This document shows, piece by piece, positions 1-13,760 of a stretch of DNA of 64,000 nucleotides (position 1 is the first letter of the stretch; each line of letters starts with the position of its first letter). The notes beneath the pieces are model-generated. The model had not been told where the DNA came from and made no database searches. It worked only from the letters and a program-made list of their open reading frames with translations. The DNA comes from Tubulanus polymorphus. Taxonomy: Eukaryota > Animalia > Nemertea. Where the stretch lies: the NCBI RefSeq assembly GCF_964204645.1, contig NC_134027.1, positions 15,284,485 through 15,348,484 on the forward strand, written 5' to 3'. The position numbers and the translations under genes are program-made.

Positions 1-417
1 TGCTGTGTATACTATCATCGCCGAGTGACTGTGCTATATATAGACTCACTCAGCTGATTACTATACACACAGCCATACACGCAGTACGCGGCTCACTGCT
101 GATTTGCATATATACTAATGAATGAACTGACACGTGGTAGTACGATGAACTTGCGCGTTATATAAATGTATACCATTGCCGCTGTGCGGTGATGGAACAA
201 TCAAAGTAAAAATAAAATAGTTCAAAATAGATTATAATTGGAAGTAAATAAATATCGACCACTTTTCTTGATTTTGACGATCATTGAGAGCATTAGAGTG
301 GCATAGATCAGGAAGTGATTTTTTATGTCAGATCGTATCCGCCCAATAAGCCGATCACGATATTTTGGGTAAAAATCTGAGGCTAGAAAATCGGCTTATT
401 GGCCGGAAAATACGGTA
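1..417. mobile_element. Right end of a pogo/Tigger-like (Tc1/mariner) non-autonomous DNA element
   Basis: Ends CGGCTTATTGGCCGGAAAATACGG-TA, resembling the reverse complement of pogo-type TA-CCGTATTT termini. The left end is not in the window. Confidence 0.4.
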
Positions 418-627
418 CTAGGGAAAAAAATTTAGGGTGATGAAATCATGATTAAAAAATTTAACAAAGTGACCTAGGTTAGAATTGTTTTCAACACACT
501 TAGTCGATCTGTTACATCTGAAGTCCAGAAATTGGTCCACCTTATTCGAAAATTGTGGTCAGTGCCAGGTTGGCCATCCATTTTGAATTTCTTATCAGCA
601 TGATACAGCCTTCTATTTTCGATGGAT

Positions 628-1460
628 TTTTTTTAGTCCACTTGGGACTTAAGTCCCAGCAGGATATTGCGTTCACTTTTCATCAGTCGTCTGTCTGTTC
701 GTCCGTAGACAGAATCCAGTTGTTTTGAGAAGTTTTAAAGACACTTGAATGTAATCTACACTAGACTCATCTTCAACCCAAAAACTGGCCAGGTCAGATT
801 CAAGATTGCCGAATTTGAAGACATTAAATGATCTTGATCTTTCTTATGTATTTGCATCCCTCAAGATGACCATCCTGTCACCTTTTTTGTACCCAAAAAT
901 GTCAACTTCTGTCAATATTTTCATCTGAGTTCTGTACCTTTCTACTGGTTTGCCATTTCCATTGAAATTCATGATGACTATATTCTTTAGAAAGGGTTCT
1001 TCAATAATGTGACAGGTATTTTTGATCAGCCAATTATCATGCAATTGTTGGCCATCTTGGTGTCATCAGTACTCATTCGTAGGTGGAAAAGTTTTTCCAC
1101 ATTAAATTGATACCTAAGCATATTTTGTTAACACAATCAATTGAAAAAATGTAGTTCATGACATGATTTGATGATTGAGGTGAGTTTCAAGGGCATCGGT
1201 TTTGTAGGCCGATATGGCTACTAGGGGTCGAATAATACAATACATTTAGTATTTCTTTATTATACTCATACCTATGCATATTTTGTTACCACAATCAATT
1301 GCAGAGTTGTAGCTCATAACATGGTCTATGATTTTGGCGAGTTTTGTGGTCATTAGTTATTCTACATGGTCACCAGGAGGCGTTGAATATTGAAATTGTT
1401 AGATTGTTGAGCATTTGAAACTACTTTCTGAGTGGGCATGGTGTCCCTAAACCCCTAGTT
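628..1460 (+). mobile_element. Helentron-associated non-autonomous element (HINE/DINE-like)
   Basis: T-run start, 5' palindrome GGGACTTAAGTCCC, a (GTCT/GTCC)n microsatellite, and a 3' end ...CCCCTAGTT. Boundaries are approximate. Confidence 0.4.
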
Positions 1461-1661
1461 TAACTTAATGTGAGGCTTTGGGCAGGTGTCCACCTGTGTA
1501 AAAAATAGAGGTTATCGACCATGAAATAAGGTGCCAGGTCAGCTAATTGAATTCCTTGTTAGCACGAAACAACCTGCAATTGATGGATTTTGTCAAAACC
1601 ATGTTTAATTGTTTTAACTGATGTATCTTGTAGGAATGTAAAAAAGACGAAGTAAATAACT

Positions 1662-1838
1662 ATGGTTGTTGGGCAAGGACTGTCTATATTAGCTGGAACT
1701 TTTGCTGCACTATCTGCTCTCTTTGGAAAACTTGCAGTTGCTGGACAATTGACAAATCAAGTATGCATGGCTTTTGGTTATTATATGCAAGAAGAATGGT
1801 CCTGGACAGGATTTCTCAGCAAAACTAAGTGCAATTCG
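1662..1838 (+). CDS. TMEM42: Transmembrane protein 42, coding exon 1
   Basis: Encodes MVVGQGLSILAGTFAALSALFGKLA..., matching the TMEM42 N-terminal AGxxAAxxSxxxKLA pattern. Acceptor ttgtag ends at 1633; donor TCG|GTAAGT at 1839; 59 codons, phase 0. Confidence 0.88.
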
Positions 1839-2842
1839 GTAAGTTTTCTTATTAACTGGACGATACGTTATCAAATAAGATAAAAAATCATTGTTGCATA
1901 TGACAAAAGAAGTCGAAATTTCTCATTTATGCGTTAATTTTCTTTGAAACCACGACACGATAACGGCGAATATTTACACGTTTCTACAAAATACAAGTAT
2001 TATAAGGGTAGGAAATATTCTAATGAAGTAGATTTGTATATAGCGCACTGACCAAGCACTGATACTCCGAAGAGCTCCAACGACCAAGTGCCAAAAATAT
2101 AACAAAAAAGCGGGCGTAAACTGGAAACGGATAAGCCAATAAACTTTGAGGCAGGAAAATAATAATAGGGGCCTACCAGAATACAACACAAACTACATAG
2201 AATACTGACAACAGAACAAACAAAAGAACAACCATCAACCGGTTTACGTCATATAAACAAATAACTTAACATTTAACTTGACTTCACAATCATTTTATCA
2301 TGGACTTTCGCTTTAACGAAGTCCATTTTTGCGATGCATATGATACTTGTTTTCTTAGATACAAAATAACTTGCAAAAAGGCTTTGTTTCTCTTAGTAAC
2401 TTCCGAAACAGTCGATGTAGTTATAAAATCTCTAACCGTATTAAATTGCGTTGGAAAGCGTTGATTATTTGTTGATTTAGTTAAATTTATTTGTGATTAC
2501 TACTACATTTCTTTTTCGTAAGAACATATAGGTTGTTATTTATATTCATGCACCACATAAATGTGCGTCATTCAGACTCACTGTTATTGTAGCTATGTAC
2601 ATGCATATGAAAAGCATGCCTCGCGTGTGGATTAGTTAAAGTTTTCCAAGGAACTGCAAATGATTTTAGAAAGCAGCCAGTATATTCTAGCACTTACGCC
2701 CCACCGTGGTAAATACTAATGACAAGCGCGCATATTCTAAATCTTTAAAGTAACGGGTAATGAAATCTTTCTAAATCATAAAGGTCCAGTCTGTGAACAG
2801 CTTTAAAAAGATTTAGTGTTGACAATCAGAAAGCAACAGACA

Positions 2843-3128
2843 TGAGAATTCCCCATAGATCAGTATTGAAAAAAAACAACCTTTTTTCCAAACATTCCAA
2901 AAATGATATAAAAGTATAGGGGGAGGGGGGTGATGATGGTCTCACCCAGCTGGTCCGGCGTGATTGGTAATCGGGTGAAACGTAAAAGCGTTCAGTGCCT
3001 GTCACAGCATAGTGATCTTCTTAGCGTTTCAATGCGTATTCATTGCAACACTGATTTTGTATCTACTACGATGTGTACATATTTTATCGATTGGTTGCAG
3101 GCACGCGTGACTGTAGTCATGTATATAT
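2843..3128 (+). mobile_element. Truncated copy of the MITE family seen intact at 9044-9779
   Basis: Clear sequence similarity (ATGAGAATTCCCC ... GGTGAAACGTAAAAGCGTTCAGTGCCTG ... TTTTATCGATTGGTTGCAG) to 9050-9370. Confidence 0.7.
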
Positions 3129-3130
3129 GA

Positions 3131-4144
3131 TATATAAAGGTGCTAGAAATTTAATAAGCGATTTAAAAATTTTAAAAGGTAAATATTATTATCATTTGGA
3201 TGGTGATTATTATATTGATATAACTATTAAAAGTACAAAACTAAATAAACTATTAGCAGAGTCATCTTTGAGAAAATTAGAAACATTTAGAATTAAAAGA
3301 ATTAGTAATAGTAATGAAATAAAAAACAGATACATAGTACTTTAGATACATCTCGTACTGGAACAAATCAAATGTAACTTTTATCAGAAAAAGGATTTCT
3401 TGGTTTATCTGATGAAGATTTAGAAACATTTCCTGAACGAGCATGTAGAGAAATTAAAGGTGTACAAATATCAGCTGATAAATTTGCACATGATATAATG
3501 ATTAGAGATTTAAAAATTAATACTTTAGAAAAAGAAAAAACTGATAAAATGAAGAATTAAAACAATTAATGTCTGATTAAGCTCAGCAAGTTATTGATGA
3601 AATTGAATATAGACAAAAAGAATTACGTTTAGAAAATGAAATTAATGATTTAAAGGATAATCTAGAAAAAGAGAAAAAAAGAAAAAACAATGAACAAATA
3701 TGCTAATAATATTAAAAGATTAAAAGTTATTTTTAAAGAATTATTAATAAAACCAGATTCTAAACTATCGTTAAAAGATAGAATAAAATTATTATTTAAA
3801 TTAGAAGGTATCACAATTCCTTCAATTCTAACAGCTGTTCCTATGGTATTTACCACAATAGGTTTAGCTTTATCAAATTCACTAAATTCTACACCAAATC
3901 CTAAACCATGATAATCCACCGAGTAATAATTCAATACAAGATAAAGTGAAGGAAGGTATAACGAAATTAGCAAAATATCTATGGGAACTATCTAAAACAT
4001 CTGCTGCAGCCTTACCCGGAGTTGTAGCATAATTGTTGGTTTTGTTTTAAAATCTGCTGGAAATATTCTCAACTTTGCCGCTGAACATATAATTTTATTG
4101 ATGGGTTTCGTCGTCAGACGAACCCATCTATGGCATCGTCGTCA

Positions 4145-4176
<32 letters not shown>

Positions 4177-5375
4177 GATGTTTCTTTATGACACGATTTA
4201 AGCTGTTTGTGTGGACCGACAATTCTGTAATTTCACACAGGTATTCTCTACTTGATGTAGATGGTGCAGCTTGGTTTATATTTGATTCTGATGGTTATAA
4301 GTGCTCTAATTTGGTTAAAAGATAATTAACGTTACTCGCTAGTTCAAGCCGCTGTATAGCGCGTTGCTACGACGACGCTCGATCAACATACTGGTACTCG
4401 CTGTGTAATACTGAACACGTATATACCTGTAGTTATTGATCGTACTAGCACCGGTTTTAGATAGCGCGCGCGCTGATCGGTCTTAACACTTCTCGGAACA
4501 ACTGTGCTAAATGCTGAGAGGCCGAATCTATGCGCAATCATTTATTGGGCTCGTCACATTTGATAGTGAATGGATAAATAACCGGTGTCAATGACGGTCG
4601 CTACTCCCCATCAGTATAACTCATCAGTATAAGAAATAATTCTTTCGAGTTTTTTTTTCAATCCCCGAAGTTGTTGTTACTATGTTGACCTCGCCGTTTT
4701 ATAAGCTTACCGATGATTCTTCTAGTATTTTCAGGGTCACAAGACATGACGAAGTCGCAAAGTTTTGTACAAATTTCACGAAACAAACAATTATTTAGGC
4801 GGCACCTGATCTATTGATTAATTATGATAAATAATGTTTATTTCATTAAAAATTTGTTTTATTCAAACACTACTTTCATCGCACTAGCGTGATCGGTAGG
4901 CCCTACTATTCTACGGTAGGCCATGGACTCTTTCATGTGGTAGGCCTATTACAAATGATACAATCCGCGTGTCCGTGAATAAGTGTGAGGAGCATCGAAA
5001 CTAATCTGTCACAAATAATAGATAGAAAACAATACCTTAAGAGGTTAACTTTTATTAACATCATTACCAAATCAAAACCTGCACATCCTATCATAAATAG
5101 AAATTCTAAGAATTTATTTCAAAGAATAATGAATTACGTCTAAATATTGGGATTCGAACTCGTAGCATCGATTCAGGTGCCTTTCCCAAAGCGGTTATCC
5201 CGCGGGGAAAACCCATTACTATTAATATCGAGAATCGCCTTTTTGACAGCGAGTTCGGTGAATGAAACAGAAACAATTACACAGAAACCCATCATGGAAA
5301 GTTTCTTTCTGGTTTTTAATAACAGTTGTTAGTGCTATTATTTTTGGGTTAGTAAACATAATCCAAAATGAATAA
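3131..5375 (+). pseudogene. Polinton-like coiled-coil protein with hydrophobic C-terminus, frameshifted and split by a HINE
   Basis: AT-rich reading LKDRIKLLFKLEGITIPSILTAV...SAAALPGVV...FAAEHIIL, which resumes after 5314 as LITVVSAII. It lies directly upstream of the MCP. Confidence 0.6.
4094..5314 (+). mobile_element. Helentron-associated non-autonomous element (HINE)
   Basis: Subterminal inverted repeats GATGGGTTTC (about 4100) and GAAACCCATC (about 5284), a 5' hairpin, a (CTGT)n microsatellite and a 3' stem-loop. Inserted in a T-run within a Polinton ORF. Confidence 0.7.
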
Positions 5376-5395
5376 TTAATTTTTCTCTTAAATAA

Positions 5396-6599
5396 ATGAG
5401 TGGGAGTTATATAAATCCTTCTAAGAATTCTAGAATATCAAATGCTATAAAAGCAGAGAGATCTCATCATATAATTACTCATAATCCTTCTAATATTAAT
5501 CCCGATGAAACTTTATAAGTTAGAATCCCTCGATTAACACAAAATACATTTTATGTTCCAGATAGTATTTATTTATCAGCTGATATAAAAGTAACTGGCC
5601 ATGATAATAATTATGTTGTCGATAATGTTGGAAGATATTTAATTAAAAAAATTAACTATAAAGATTGGTCCGGAGACTATTTTTTCATTAGATGATTATA
5701 ATTTATTTATGCATTATAAAGATTTATGGTTAACTAAAGAAAATAGAAAAAATATGATATTTCAAGGCATCCAATCCTTAAATCAAAATGAATTAAGATC
5801 AGACGCTAATGATAAAATAGATAATGCTGCAGATAATTTGATTAAAAAGATTTATGGAAGCAAATATAAAATTCCATTAGACTTTGAATTGATAAATAAT
5901 AATGCACCTTTATATAAATATGCTATACAAGAAGATATTATATTCGAAATAACATTTGCTCCTGTTAATGAAATTGTATTATCAAGTGTAGTTAAAGATA
6001 TGGGCTATAAATTGTCAAATATATGTTTAGAATATGATACAGTAACTGATGAAAATATTTCAAGTATAGTTCAAACTCAATATAATTAAGGATTTTCATT
6101 ATAATATGATTATATTGATAAATTTAAAATGATGAAATATTTATGAGAATATTAACTTCCCAATAAGATCTATTAAAGGTATATTAATATTTTTTACCAT
6201 TGCAACATATTCTAATGGTGCAATAAATGTTGATAATTATTATGATCCTGCAATATCAAAAGTAGAAATAACTATCAAAGGTATAGCAAATACAATATTT
6301 TGTCAGGGAATGAGAATGATTGATCAGTGGCCAGAAATTAAAAAACATTTTATGAATGAAAAAAATAAACTCTGAAGATTGTAATATTAATCAAGCAATA
6401 AATATGCATTATGGTTAGATTTTAGAACAACGGAGGATAACTTATTACATGGATCTGGGAAAAAATTACAAAACACAAAAGATGGAATACAATTATTCAT
6501 GAAAAAGAAAAAGGGCTTAAATTATAAAATGTAAATTTTATTATATCTGACGCGCAATTAATTATTTTGAATTCTCAATTAGATAGTGTTATGTATTAA
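5396..6599 (+). pseudogene. Full-length Polinton-like double jelly-roll major capsid protein, with stops and frameshifts
   Basis: Reads MSGSYINPSKNSRISNAIKAERSHHIITHNPSNINPDETL*VRIP...YKLSNICLEYDTVT...KYALWLDFRTTEDNLLHGSG...SDAQL. About 400 codons; the C-terminal part is nearly identical to ORF 32870-33442. MCP identity is from family motif recognition. Confidence 0.75.
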
Positions 6600-6631
6600 A
6601 ATTTTAATTTTAATAAAACTTTTTATAATAA

Positions 6632-7842
6632 ATAGAAGGTGGAATATATGAAATACAAACTCCAAGTGAAATGATATCGGATATATATTATGTAATACCT
6701 TATGTATAAAGTAAGTATTTTGGAGAATTCTTTAATCAACTCAAATATAGAATAAGTAAAATAGAAAAGAATATTGAAACTGAAATAGAAGATACTAATA
6801 AAATTGAATCTAATAATTATGAAAATATAGATGTTATTCCTTCTACATCAAATAATGATAATTATAATACAAGGATCGAACCTGATAACAAAACCAAAAA
6901 GACAAATGAAAATATTGTGACGTATGTAAAGAATATAAAAGTTATAAGAATTGGGCAACTTATGTTAATTCACTCAAGCATAAGAAAAATAAGAATATAA
7001 ATGAATTGAATAATAATATGATTCAATTGAATGATAATTATGATAATGCTAAAGAAGATAATAATAATGATAAATATTGTGAAGAATGTGATAAATATAT
7101 AAGTCGTAGTATTTTTTCAAAACATAAATTAACTCCAATACATTTAGATAATGTAGAAAGAAATATATGTGAAAAGTGTAATGTTGTTGTATTACCTAAA
7201 GATAAAATTAAACATGATAATTCTATTGAACATAAAATAAAAGCGATTGCTTCAAAACACCTTTATAGAGTACCATCTGTATTTTTTCATATCGAAAATA
7301 ATAATCATAGGAAATTATATAGATTAATTTCTAATCGATTTTGTAAGAAATAATCAAAATGTAGTATTATCAGATATTACATCTGATAATACTACATTTG
7401 GATTATTTCTTACAAAATCGATTAAAAATTAATCTATATAATCGTTGGACAAATGTAAATAAATATCCAGATGATTGTTCAGGTATACTTTATTTAATCA
7501 AATTTGAAAAGAGAGATTTTTTAACAGAATTGAAAAAAGTTGCTGCTAATGATGATAAAAGTGATAACTTTGATAACATAATTCAATATTACAGTTATGA
7601 AGATTTTTCACAAGATTTTATAAATGAAATTAAAAATGATGCAAAAAATGAATATAAAAATATAAGTGAAGATCAATTAAATCAATATATCTATTTAAAT
7701 TATGAATTGTTTGCTAAAGGTTTGATGGCTACCGATAGTTATCATACCAAACAATTAGGTGAAGTTGAAGGCAATAGAAAATAAGAAGAATTAAGAGATG
7801 CATGGCACAAATTGTGGTTAGAATTAGAATCAGAAAAGTAAT
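6632..7842 (+). pseudogene. Polinton-like multi zinc-finger protein, positional homologue of ORF 33475-34410
   Basis: Begins EGG..YYVIP..IPSTSNN like 33475 and contains CxxC...H...H fingers (CEECDK..KHKLTPIH; CEKCNV..KHDNSIEH). Several stops. Confidence 0.6.
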
Positions 7843-7846
7843 TTAA

Positions 7847-8485
7847 AGGGCACATGCCCACTAAATAGAATATCATATAAAAGTTATTCTTTAAAGTAAT
7901 ATGTTCACAAATTATAAATATGCTACTGATTTCAATTTTAGTTTAGCCTTCTCTGAGAAATAAGACTTTTAAATCGGCAACTTCAGCACATGCACACTGT
8001 TATTGTTTATGTGTGCAGGTGCGTGTTTCTGACGTCATCTTTGTTGAACGCTAACTGTTTCCAGTCATTTCACTAGACATTGCAAAGGTCATTTTATCGT
8101 CTCGGAAGATTTTTAGAATTAATGAATTCTAAACTATTGTATATGTTGGTGCCGTCATATATGACATGATTAACATATATTAGTGGGTGTACTATATAGC
8201 TGTGATTAAAGCAAACAAATGATGTTGATTTTATAGATTTTATATAGGCTACTGCGCACTGTGAGCATACACGTGCTTTTGTTTATAACAAAGATACCGT
8301 CAAAAATAGCGCCAACTGCGGGATGTAGGTGAACTACGTAAACAAAGTCAAGAATAATTAAATGTCTAATTTAGAGCTAATCTGTCATCTTTTTTCGATC
8401 AGTCACATCTCAGGTTGTTATTTGTATACAAAAGTAGCATTTGGTTTACTAATCACGAAAGTACAATTTATTGGGCATGTGCCCT
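7847..8485. mobile_element. Kolobok-type MITE
   Basis: TTAA-AGGGCACATGCCCA ... TGGGCATGTGCCCT-TTAA: 14-bp TIR with TTAA target duplication. Confidence 0.8.
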
Positions 8486-8563
8486 TTAAAATATGAATAT
8501 AATACCCTTCTATGTCTTTATGTCTTTAGTTCTTTTAGTACATAAACAATAAATCTTTATATT

Positions 8564-9947
8564 ATTAGTACTTTTGGGTTAGTAAACAAGATCCAAAATG
8601 AATAATTAATTTTTCTCTTAAATCAATGAGTGGGAGTTATATAAATCCTTCTAAGAATTCTAGAATATTTAATGCTATAAAAGCAGAGAGATCTCATCAT
8701 ATAATTACTCATAATCCTTCTAATATTAATCCCGATGAAACTTTATAAGTTAGAATCCCTCGATTAACACAAATTGATAATTATTATAATCCTGCAATAT
8801 CAAAAGTAGAAATAACTATCGAAGGTATAGCAAATAAAATATTTTGTCAGGGAATGAGAATGATTGATCAGTGGCCAGAAATTAAAAAACATTTATGAAT
8901 GAAAAAAATAAACTCTGAAGATTGTAATATTAATCAAGCAATAAATATGCATTATGGTTAGATTTTAGAACAACGGAGGATAACTTATTACATGGATCTG
9001 GGAAAAAATTACAAAACACAAAAGATGGAATACAATTATTCATCAGGGATGAGAATTCCCCGCGGATCCGCGGTTTCCCGCGGATTTCAGTATTGAAAAA
9101 TATCAATTTTCCAAATAGTCCAAAAATGATGTAAAAGTATGGGGGGGGGGGGTGATGATCTCACTCAATTGGTCCGGCGCGATCGGTAATCAGGTGAACC
9201 GTAAAAGCGTTCAGTGCCTGTTTTACTTATCGTCACGTAAAAGTATCGCATTTCAATGCATATTCATTGCAACACAGTGATTTTGTATGTACATTTGTAC
9301 TACGATGAGTGTGTATGTATTTTATCGATCGGTTGCAGACACGCACGCACAGCAACAGTAGTAACGTATATAGGTCTACTTACTGTTGCTGCGTGTGTGT
9401 GGCGAACGCTTTCGGATATTATACACTACTTGGTGATGATTTTTAGTGAGCATTCATCGGCGCATTTTTACTGCAATAATTCAGGGCTCGACCCGTAATG
9501 CATGAGATGCTGAATGTCATCAAATGAGGATGTACCACATTGGAACTAGCCATTACCTTCCAAAATATAATAGTCGTTCATGGGTTCAAGATCGCTCTAA
9601 GTGCTCGGAAAACGTATTTAATTTCTAAAATTTTCTTGGGGCAGGGCCCCCAAACCCCCCCGAAATAGCTTCGCGCCTTCGGCGCTCGCTAGTGCTGACG
9701 GCTACGCCGTCAGCTTGTTCGCGTATGTCACTCAAGAAAAATAACCCGCGGATTTTACAGGTCGGCGTTCTCATCCCTGATTCATGAAAAAGAAAAAGGG
9801 TTTAAATTATAAAATGTAAATTTTATCATATCTGACGCGCAATTAATTATTTTAAATTCTCAATCAGATAGTGTTATGTATTAAAATTTTAATTTTAATA
9901 AAACTTTATAATAAATAGAAGGTGGAATATATGAAATACAAACTCCA
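8564..9947 (+). pseudogene. Local duplicate of the copy A MCP region with an internal deletion
   Basis: Near-identical to 5336-5545 joined directly to 6230-6665 (junction ACACAAA|TTGATAATT at about 8773). It shares the same premature TAA and is interrupted by a MITE. Confidence 0.85.
9044..9779. mobile_element. hAT-like MITE with a 6-bp target duplication
   Basis: TIR CAGGGATGAGAA / TTCTCATCCCTG, flanked by ATTCAT on both sides. The empty site is visible at about 6490-6505. Confidence 0.8.
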
Positions 9948-10424
9948 AAACGTTGTTTTTCAATTCTGTTAAATTCTGTTATTAGTAAAATGAAATAGAA
10001 CTACTAAACTACTAAGGAGATAAAGACACACACACATATATATATATATATTACTGTTTCAATAATAATATTTATTCTTCTGATAGATTTATTTTATATT
10101 AATCATCAATAATATTTATTTATATCACAGATTTATTATATATATTTGATTCAGTAATGATAAATCTATGTGTCTTTATTGTCTTCAGTAGTTTTGTAGT
10201 TTTAAAAATAATTTAAATCAGGATGAATAAAATTAAGATTCATTCTTTATGTACTAAAAGTACTAACGACATAAAGACACAAGGGGGTATTAATTTAAAT
10301 TATGTAATATTTATTCATATATTGGTTGAAAATTGTATAAATAATATTTATTTAAAAAAGAGGGTTTTAAGTATTGAGGTATCTAATACGTATCTAATAC
10401 ATAAATGCTTAAATTATGATTTTA

Positions 10425-11023
10425 TTTTATAAATTTATATTCATATGGAAAATGAAGCCTCACCCTTATGATTTAGAACCTTTATTACTTTTTAATTTAT
10501 TCATATATTCATCATGTGTTTCGTAGGTATAATTTGATTTTCTTCCAATGATTTTTGCATAGATTTTCTAGTTTTATTGTAGAATAATACTAAAAATTTT
10601 ATATTCTCCCTAAAATCTTTAACAATTGAATTATATTTTTGATTTAAAACCCATGTTGTTATCCCAAAATATCTCCCAGAAAAATCTAGATAACATAATT
10701 CACTTGCTCTAACTTGTAAATTTGCACAATCATCTATAATGAATAATGTATTTGAACCTTTATAAATATCTAATGCAATTTTAATACGATTAGCTAAATT
10801 TTCTTTTACTGTTTTAGGATCTAATATAATAAACTTTTTTATCTTAACTATCCCTATTATACGTTTTATTCATTTCATAAGTAGGGCAGAATAATATTAT
10901 ATTATCAAAATGATTCTTATAAACAGTTTCTAACAAATCTAATATAAAATGTGTTTTACCACGGTTTGTTACTCCAGTTACTAACATATTACGTGGTTCA
11001 AATATAAATAAATCTTTATTCAT
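10425..11023 (-). pseudogene. Packaging ATPase of copy A, disrupted
   Basis: Highly similar to 34554-35165. Walker A reads GVTNRGKT; small indels are present. Confidence 0.85.
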
Positions 11024-11068
11024 TTATTCTTTTAATTTTACTAGATAAAATCCATTCATTAGATTTAT

Positions 11069-11562
11069 GATGGAACAGAAATACCAATAAAAAAACCAAA
11101 ACATTCGACCTATTCGACCTATAAAAACAGGAATACTGTTAAAATTCTAGTTGGTGTGACACCAGGTGGACTCGTTAGTTATTTATCTGATGCGTAGGGA
11201 GGCTCGGCAAGTGACCGTCAAATCTGTGAAAGAAGCAACCTGGCAAATATGTGTGACCCAGGTGTTCAATTATGTCCGATAAAGGATTTAATGTCCAAGA
11301 CTTGTCCATACCTTCAAATGTTACTATAAATATACCCAAATTTTTCAAGAAAAAAAATAGGATGTCTGCCAAGTCTGTAGTTAGTGATAGAAGAATAGCA
11401 AGCAAACGTGTCCATGTTGAAAGGATTATTGGACTAGCCAAAACCTTCAAAATTTTAACTACTCCTCTTAACAATACTGAATCAGGATTGGCTGATGCAA
11501 TAGTAACTGTGTTTTTCTTTTTGTGCAATTTCAAAAAATCTTTTGTTCCTCTGGATGCATAA
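11069..11562 (+). pseudogene. DDE (Harbinger/DDE_Tnp_4-like) transposase C-terminal fragment
   Basis: Motifs DGTEIPIKKP, STYKNRNTVK, GGSASD, MSDKGF, RVHVERIIG. One stop and one frameshift. Confidence 0.8.
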
Positions 11563-11649
11563 TTAAAGATATAAATAAATTTGAAATGCAAAATGTATGT
11601 CACTAAAGAGTTTATAGAGTTTAAAGAGTTTATATAAAGTTTATTCAAA

Positions 11650-13760
11650 AATTGTACATTCTTGTGTTCTTGTAAAAATATTTTTTTATAAGAGCATTTC
11701 GGAAATATTTGAGATAAAATCGATCGATATGGGACATCTATGAACTGGATGTCTTTGAATGTGTATACAACAAATTTCGTCAGCGTTTTGTCAGAGCAAT
11801 ACATTTGTCCTTGTACCTGATAGTAATACGGATGAGTTTTACTCAGGTTGAAAAAAGTTCCTGACTTCGAAAGATACGGCACTGTTGTTTCATCGATGTG
11901 ATAATTGCGAGCTGAGTATGGACATTTCACCTCGATTAGAGTGTCCCCATCAATAACGCCATCCGGACTAGCTGCAAGCATCGGTTTCTGTTTCGATACA
12001 AACAAGCCACATTTATCAACATTGAGTCCGGTCATTTTTTCGAATTTCCGAATAGCTATTTTTTCAAATTTCTTTCCATGCTGTAAAGCATTGCTATTTA
12101 TATCAGTTGAAGACATCATATTTTTCAATAATGCCTCCACGTCTCTCCGCTCAGTAATCTTACAAATAGTTCCGAAATTCGACGCAGTAATCCTCTTTTG
12201 GTGCTTGGCTTTCCATAATTTAGAATCACTCTGAGCCCTTGTATTCGTTTCGATTTCTGCAATTTCACAGTCCGTGATGGATGAAACCTGAAAAAAAACA
12301 AAATTATGTTACATGTGCATGTTCAATGTTTTAACAATGAAAAGCTGTAATTGAATGAAATATCACCTTGGATTTAACAAGAAAGTCTTCTTCCATTGAT
12401 AATTTGGAGTAGTCGTGATCCATCGTTATAGATTCGATATCAGCTGGTGGAAAAAGTTGCATTATAGGCCTCCTAGTTCCATCCTGAAATCAACAAAAGG
12501 ATTAACGTAAAAACAAACCTGAATATTTATAACCAAATTTCTCAATCGGTCAGTTTTTCCTGGAATACTTCTCCGTTTAATGGGGCATGGGTCATATATC
12601 AGGGTTTTCGACTTTCCTCTGACTTCTCCCAACTGTCTTGTTTTCACTGGACTGCCTTTATGCGGTTTAGACTGATGAAATTTCTGAAGCACCTTGAACA
12701 TAATAAATGATAATTAGATTTCAAAACTCATAAGGCACACACTGTTTCAGGGTATCTATGTCTGAACTCACTTGAGAACAGGTTACTTCAGTCAATATAG
12801 TCCCAGTTTTCTTAAAGGACGCTACACCGTATAAAACAGTCACAACATGTTTACAGTGTGCTGTAGGGCCTTGGCCTACAGCACACTCACATTGGTACTC
12901 CAATATCACACCGTCACTATTCAGACTGATGTCCACAACATAGGATGTAGCTTTCCCCATTTCCGCCCAAATGTTGCCTTTCACAAAGTTCTGGTTTCAT
13001 CATTATCATCGGCAGACCTGACATAGCCTAAATATCTGAAATATAATATGTAACCTTTTACATATGATATCACTTATTTCAATACTTTCTTTTGGCCTCG
13101 GCCTATCATAGATACTAACATTCAACATTACCTTTCGTTGTACAATTGTTCAACCTTTTCATCAATAACTTTGTCCCAGCAGGTTAAGTAATCGGTCAGT
13201 CGCTCAGTTGAAATCGGAGGGAATTTAACTCTTATTCCATCGTGAATATCCTTAAACTCCGATACATCAGGAATCTGCATATGGTATTCCACGGCAGGTT
13301 CAGCTGGCCTTGAATTTCTATCAGCAAATATCAAACTGAAATATTAAATACGAATATTAATTCAACATAAAAGGCTACATGCAGTTTTATTTACTGTATT
13401 GAAAGAACGAGGAACGGCCTGGCTCTGTCTGGCGCAGAGCCAAGACAATTTTGCTTCCAATATACTCTGATATACTACACGTATTAATTCGAACAAGTTT
13501 GTTTTTTCTAATCATTCATGTAGAAATAGGCCTTTCACGTGATACATAATTCCTAATCATGAACATCATAGTCATTAACGAGCAATATCGGACCCGATAT
13601 TAACCTCAAAGCAAACCCGGAAGTAAATTCAAAACTTAAAATATTACCGATCAACGAGACTTTTTTTCTTGCCTGACACCATCAATCCTCTCTCACGACA
13701 TTTATTTTTCAATTCTTGAAGTGTTAATGAACTATGTGGTGAAGTTTGACCACTTTCCAT
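11650..13760 (-). pseudogene. Multi-exon SAP + SWIM zinc finger + YqaJ/lambda-exonuclease gene
   Basis: Exon 13648-13760 encodes a SAP-like LTLQELKNKCRERGLMVSGKKKSLVDR. SWIM motif CECAVGQGPTAHCKH. YqaJ motifs RITASNFG, LAASPDG, IEVKCP, YYYQVQGQM. GT-AG junctions at 13647/13336 and 13131. Confidence 0.8.

Noticed and set aside
2700-3131. Left terminus of copy A
   Set aside because: No AGTAAT hairpin and no match to the CCCGCT flank of the right end was found. The left arm appears deleted.
11175-12140. 321-aa ORF as a single real protein
   Set aside because: Only the YqaJ part is meaningful. The C-terminal portion is read-through antisense to the DDE transposase.
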